Below, piece after piece: positions 59,906 to 64,000 of a DNA stretch of 64,000 nucleotides. The stretch's first letter is position 1. Each line of letters starts with the position of its first letter. The notes under the pieces were generated by a model. It saw only the letters and a list, made by a program, of their open reading frames with translations. It did not search any database and was not told the origin of the DNA. Source of the stretch: an uncultured Acidobacteriota bacterium (lineage in GTDB: Bacteria; Acidobacteriota; Vicinamibacteria; Vicinamibacterales; 2-12-FULL-66-21); the NCBI GenBank assembly GCA_963797715.1, contig CAWCQS010000010.1, positions 27,271-91,270 on the forward strand. Reading direction: 5' to 3'. A program made the position numbers and the translations under genes.

Positions 59906-60015
59906 GGCTGGCTAACTCACCCGAAACATCGATCTCCGATGGCGGTAATTGGGCTAGGGAGTTCAAGGGGCAAGAGACGACTGAGAAGCCAGGCCTCGAT
60001 ACCAGGCCGTCGCAT

Positions 60016-61501
60016 TCAGAACAACGATCGGACCAAGTCCCGCACGACGAAATAGGCGAAGAACGCGTAGAAACCCGAGCACGCGAGCAGGCCGATCTCG
60101 CGCCAGAGCGGCGCGCGCACGGCTTTGGGCAGGAACCGGCGGTTGACCAGGAAAATCTGCACCCCCGCGACGAGCAGAACGATGCCGGCCATGTTCGCCA
60201 GGATCTTGAACAGCTGGAACGGCGAGGCCGAGCGGATCACGAACACGCCCCACACGGAGAACGCGAGCAGGATGCCGTAGTAAATCGCGCGGATGCCCAT
60301 CGTCCACTCGCGCGCCCGCTTGCTCGACATCCAGACGGCATCGGTGATCGTCCGCACCAGAATGTCGGTGTTGCCCAGCTGTGTCTTGAAGAGAATCCAG
60401 AAACCGTTGAAGAGAGTCAGGAACCAGAAGCCCGGCCAGATCTTGCTCAGATACTCGGCCTGGTACGCGCCGGCCGCCAGGCCCTGCAGATCGGTGCCGT
60501 GCGGGATGATGGCGGTTGCCAGGTTGACGTTCAGGAACATGCCGAAGAAGCAGAACAACCCCCACACCCAGAGCTGATCGGCATGCACGTAGCGCATCCA
60601 CTCGCGCCAGCGCTCGAGGTTTTGCGGCGTCGCCGGAAAGACCGTGCCGACGTGGGAGAGCTGGATGTTGTGACCGCCAACCGCGCTCGGGATCGCGCCG
60701 ACTTTGGCGCCCATGCCGAAGCCCTTGTCGCGGATCCAGTTGGTGACGGTCAGGTTGCCGAGGCCGCCTGATCCGGCGGTCGCCGCCAATGCACCGATGA
60801 GCCCCCAGTCGATCGGCTGCGGCAGCCCGGTGAAGCTGAAGAACCCGGTGAAGGTCTGCCACCAGTGTGCCATCGGCACGAACGCGATGTTGACGGCGAT
60901 CAGAAAGAGGAAAACGACGGCGAGCATCGTCCAGGCGAAGTACTCGAGCATGCGTTCGATGGTGCCGCCGAACGACAGGATGAGCACAACGAAAAGGATG
61001 AGGCCGGTCGCGACCCACGCCTGCGCTGCCTGATCGGGCGCGCCCGGCATGCGCCCCATCCACGCGCCGAGGAGCGTCGCCGCGGCGCTGCCGGCGAGCG
61101 CCGGCCAGCCGAGCTGAAAAAAGCCGATGACCGTGTAGAAGGCCGCCCAGAATTTCGGACCGGGCTTGAGGCGCATGATGCCGCCGTAAATCGGTTCGCC
61201 GGTGTAGACCGTGTAGCGGATCGCCTCCAGGTTGAAGATGACCTGCAGCACGATCGCGATCGACGGCAATCAGAAAGATCGCGGTCGAGTATTTGACCGC
61301 CGCCGCGGGACCAACCAGCCATTCACCGCCACCAATCGAGGTGGCCGCCATAACCGCGCCCGGGCCAATGATCTTGAAGAGATTGCGGGCGCCAAACGGT
61401 GGCGGGGCGGGCAAGTCGGCGACATCCCATCGCGGGAGCTCTCCGTGGCTGGGGGGAAGCAATCCTTCGGCTGCTGAACCGCGGGCGGTCGCCGTCTGCA
61501 T
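60016..61501 (-). pseudogene. Nramp-family divalent metal transporter-like protein; one frame break near 61272
   Basis: ORF 59963..61501 gives ..FKIIGPGAVMAATSIGGGEWLVGPAAAVKYSTAIFL. A one-base shift joins LPSIAIVLQVIFNLEAIRYTVYTGEPIYGG.. of ORF 60016..61269 (about 11 TM segments). Confidence 0.75.
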
Positions 61502-61515
61502 GCCGACACCATACC

Positions 61516-61716
61516 ACCGGTCGCTGGACCCTCGCCGTCCCTCGACGGCGCCTCGAAAAGCAGGGCTGGATCGACACCGACTGGAAGCTGAGCGCGAACC
61601 GTCAGCGCGCCAAGTACGACCGTTTGACGGCCGCGGGCAAGAAACAGCTGGCGGCCGAACATTCGCGGTGGATGCGGATCGTCGAGGTCATTGGGCGAAT
61701 CATGAAGCCAGCATGA
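61516..61716 (+). pseudogene. Fossil of a PadR-family regulator (C-terminal half only)
   Basis: RRRLEKQGWIDTDWKLSANRQRAKYDRLTAAGKKQLAAEHSRWMRIVEVIGRIMKPA matches the wing, dimerisation helix and tail of the acidobacterial PadR type (..LHRLERRGWI..W..SEN.R.AKYY.LT.AGR.QL..E...W). No room remains for the N-terminal recognition helix, because the Nramp start on the other strand is at 61501. Confidence 0.55.
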
Positions 61717-61773
61717 GCCAGCGAGAGCGGAGGGGAAAGAAGGGACGACCATGCCAGTAACCAACCCCGACGA

Positions 61774-63468
61774 TCAACTCGCCTTGAGCAGGTGCTCGTG
61801 CAGTGCGCGGGCACGAGCCAGTGCCGCATCGACGTTCGGGCAGACGTTGTCCGCGCCGACCATCTCCACGAACCCGGCCTGCTCCATCACGGCGCGCGGC
61901 TGCTCGCGCGCGCCACAGAAGATCGCGGTTCGGCCAGTCGCGCGCAGCTGCGCGGTCAGGTCCTCGAGCGCCCGCAATCCCGTCGCATCGATCGCCGTCA
62001 TATTGCGCAGCCGGACGACGACGATCGGCGCGAGCGCGTCGATGCGATCGAGGACGCCCTCGAGCTTGTCGGTCGTGCCAAACAGAAACGGGCCGTGGAT
62101 CCGGATGATGGTCACGTAGTCAGGAATGTGTTTGTCCTGGAGCGCGTGCGCGCGGCCATCTTCGACGTATTTCGCCGTCACCTGATCGACGGTCGTCGTG
62201 GCGGCAACGCGGCGGATGTAAAGCAACGCCGCCAGAATCATCCCGACCTCGACCGCCACGGTGAGGTCTGCGAAGACCGTCAAGGCAAAAGTCGTCAGCC
62301 ACACCGCGATGTCCGTCTTCGTCTGACGCAGCAGCTGCGGAATCTCGTGCCATTCGCCCATGTTCGCCGCGACGACGAAGAGCAGGCCGGCGAGGACGGC
62401 CATGGGGATGTGCCCGGCCAGGCGGGCACCGAAGAGCAGAAGCGCCAGCAGCGTCAGCGCGTGGATCATGCCGGCAACGGGAGTGCGTGCGCCGGAACGA
62501 ACGTTGGTCGCCGTCCGCGCGATGGCTCCAGTCGCGGGAAGACCCCCGAACATCGGCGACACAATGTTGGCCACGCCTTGCGCGACGAGCTCGACGTTTG
62601 GATTGTGGCGATCGCCGCTCATGCGATCGGCAACGACCGCTGACATCAGCGACTCGATCGCACCGAGCATGCCAACGGTGATCGCCGGCGACAGCAGCGT
62701 CAGAATCAACGACGGCTTGAAGGCCGGCACGTGCAGCTCGGGCAGGCCTGAAGGCACGGCGCCAAAGCGCGAGCCTACGGTTTCCACGGAGAGTCCCGCC
62801 GCCCACGCCACCACGGTACCGCCAACAAGGCCGATCACGGTTCCGGGGATTACCTTGACAAAGCGATTCGTGAGAACAACGAACGCGAGCGTCAGCACCG
62901 CCAGGCCCACAGCGGCAGGATTGAGCGAGTCAAGATGGCGGCTGATCGCCGCCAGTCGGCCGATGAACTCGCCGGGATTCTCGGTCATGCGAAGACCGAG
63001 AAAATCTCGAATTTGCGTGCTGGCGATGAGCACGGCAATGCCGTTGGTGAATCCAATGACGACCGGCCGAGGGATGAACCGCACCACCGATCCCGTGCCT
63101 GTGACGCCGAGGATGATCAGCAGGACCCCTGCCATCATCGTGCACATGAACAGGCCGGGGATCCCATGCTCGGCGACGATGCCCGAGACGACCACCACGA
63201 AGGCGCCGGTGGGGCCGCCAATCTGGACCCGCGATCCGCCGAGCGCGGAGATCAGGAACCCGGTGACGATTGCGCAATAGATGCCGGCCTGCGGCGTCAA
63301 TCCCGAGGCGATGGCGAAGGCCATCGCCAGCGGCAGCGCCACCAGGCCAACGGTCATTCCCGCGAGCAGGTCGTGGCCAAACGTCGCGCGATCGTAACCG
63401 CGGAGCGCGATCACCGACTTGGGCAGCCAGGCTTCCCACGCTGCGGTCGCGCCCGCTGCCGCGCTCAC
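61774..63468 (-). CDS. SulP-family anion transporter with C-terminal STAS domain
   Basis: It reads DLLAGMTVGLVALPLAMAFAIASGL.PQAGIY, GGPTGAFVVV and many TM segments. The STAS end reads VTIIRIHGPFLFGTTDKLE..VVVRLRNMTAIDATGLRALEDL. The GTG start forms a GTGA overlap with the ArsR stop. Confidence 0.9.
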   Translation of the reverse strand: MSAAAGATAAWEAWLPKSVIALRGYDRATFGHDLLAGMTVGLVALPLAMAFAIASGLTPQAGIYCAIVTGFLISALGGSRVQIGGPTGAFVVVVSGIVAEHGIPGLFMCTMMAGVLLIILGVTGTGSVVRFIPRPVVIGFTNGIAVLIASTQIRDFLGLRMTENPGEFIGRLAAISRHLDSLNPAAVGLAVLTLAFVVLTNRFVKVIPGTVIGLVGGTVVAWAAGLSVETVGSRFGAVPSGLPELHVPAFKPSLILTLLSPAITVGMLGAIESLMSAVVADRMSGDRHNPNVELVAQGVANIVSPMFGGLPATGAIARTATNVRSGARTPVAGMIHALTLLALLLFGARLAGHIPMAVLAGLLFVVAANMGEWHEIPQLLRQTKTDIAVWLTTFALTVFADLTVAVEVGMILAALLYIRRVAATTTVDQVTAKYVEDGRAHALQDKHIPDYVTIIRIHGPFLFGTTDKLEGVLDRIDALAPIVVVRLRNMTAIDATGLRALEDLTAQLRATGRTAIFCGAREQPRAVMEQAGFVEMVGADNVCPNVDAALARARALHEHLLKAS

Positions 63469-63815
63469 GCATTCCTCCGCTCGCGCTTGAGCTCGCGCAA
63501 CATCGATTCGCTCTCGGACTGCTGTTCTGACAGGTGATGGTTGAGGAAGTCGCGCGCGACGCGCAGCAGGTCGGCGATGAGCGGGCTACGCAGCGCGTAG
63601 TGCGCCTGCGTCCCCTCCCGCCGCACGGTCACGACATTCCTCGCGCGCAGTGCCGCCAGATGCTGCGACACGATGGGCTGGTCGAGCGTCAGCGCATTCT
63701 GCAAATCCTGCACGGACTGCGGCCCGGGCACGAGCCGCTCGAGAATCCGGATGCGGGTCGGATGCGCGAGGGCGCGAAAGAGATCGCTCTTGAGCTCCTG
63801 CAACTGAGTGGGCAT
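63465..63815 (-). CDS. ArsR/SmtB-family transcriptional regulator
   Basis: It reads LFRALAHPTRIRILERLVPGPQSVQDLQNALTLDQPIVSQHLAALRARNVVTVRREGTQAHYAL. Confidence 0.9.
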   Translation of the reverse strand: MPTQLQELKSDLFRALAHPTRIRILERLVPGPQSVQDLQNALTLDQPIVSQHLAALRARNVVTVRREGTQAHYALRSPLIADLLRVARDFLNHHLSEQQSESESMLRELKRERRNA

Positions 63816-63835
63816 ATATAGATATTACTATATAT
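63814..63835. promoter_or_regulatory. Candidate ArsR operator/promoter: ATATATAG-atatta-CTATATAT
   Basis: This is a perfect 8-bp inverted repeat in a 27-nt pure AT-rich patch. One arm touches the ATG (63815..63813). -10-like hexamers (TAATAT/TATAGT) lie 6-11 nt before the start codon. Confidence 0.5.
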
Positions 63836-63853
63836 AGCACCGATGCCGATTCC

Positions 63854-64000
63854 CTATCTCTTGCCCTTGGACATCTGGAGGGTTTTCACGATCTCCGCGG
63901 GCGGCAGCGGCTGGGCCTGAGCATCGACACCAATCGCAAAGCGATCGCCGGCGTTGTGGATAACAAGCTTCCCGCGCGCGAGCGCGGCCGCGGTCCGCAG
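63854..64000 (-). CDS. C-terminal 48 codons of an unidentified gene entering from the right edge
   Basis: The open minus-strand frame reads ..LRTAAALARGKLVIHNAGDRFAIGVDAQAQPLPPAEIVKTLQMSKGKR and ends at TAG 63856..63854. I recognise no family. Confidence 0.35.
   Translation of the reverse strand: MRTAAALARGKLVIHNAGDRFAIGVDAQAQPLPPAEIVKTLQMSKGKR

Noticed and set aside
1-64000. Mobile elements, prophage, defence islands, secondary-metabolite clusters
   Set aside because: There are no transposase, integrase, recombinase, phage structural, restriction, Cas, toxin-antitoxin or PKS/NRPS-like translations in any frame that I could recognise. GC content is uniform apart from short promoter-sized AT patches.

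Overview
High-GC (~68 %) chromosomal segment whose gene content points to Acidobacteriota. It carries four ADOP-type (MacB/FtsX-like, ATPase-less) permeases, one PadR regulator of the kind that accompanies them, and a PadR fossil. It also carries two carboxypeptidase-regulatory-domain TonB-dependent receptors, two tandem TIGR03436-like VWA proteins behind two TPR proteins, FG-GAP/CRTAC1 proteins and a PVC-type heme-binding protein. Other genes include a PQQ dehydrogenase, GH10 xylanase, DUF1080, arylsulfatase, prolyl oligopeptidase, Nramp and SulP transporters, and five two-component proteins. I count about 45 protein genes and found no rRNA, tRNA, CRISPR, transposase, integrase or phage genes. 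Two things stand out. (i) About 15 genes are interrupted by single-base frame breaks, and one glycoside-hydrolase-like gene by at least eight. This looks like assembly indel noise on top of at least one true pseudogene. (ii) The intergenic DNA is unusually structured. It holds phased heptanucleotide arrays (CAGCTNN, CGGCTTC, CGAGCCG, CCCCGAG units) at five loci, REP-like 7-4-7 hairpins with a conserved tail at three loci, and a 26-bp tandem repeat. A 0.9-kb gene-free gap holds three diverged copies of a ~100-nt element, two of them forming a 34-bp inverted pair. The most system-like unexplained gene set is HK/RR -> TonB receptor -> TPR -> TPR -> VWA -> VWA (28.6-42.2 kb). All functional calls come from my own reading of the translated ORFs (motifs and remembered family signatures), not from database searches. 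Genes with broken frames are listed as pseudogene over the full reconstructed span, with the caveat that the breaks may be sequencing errors.
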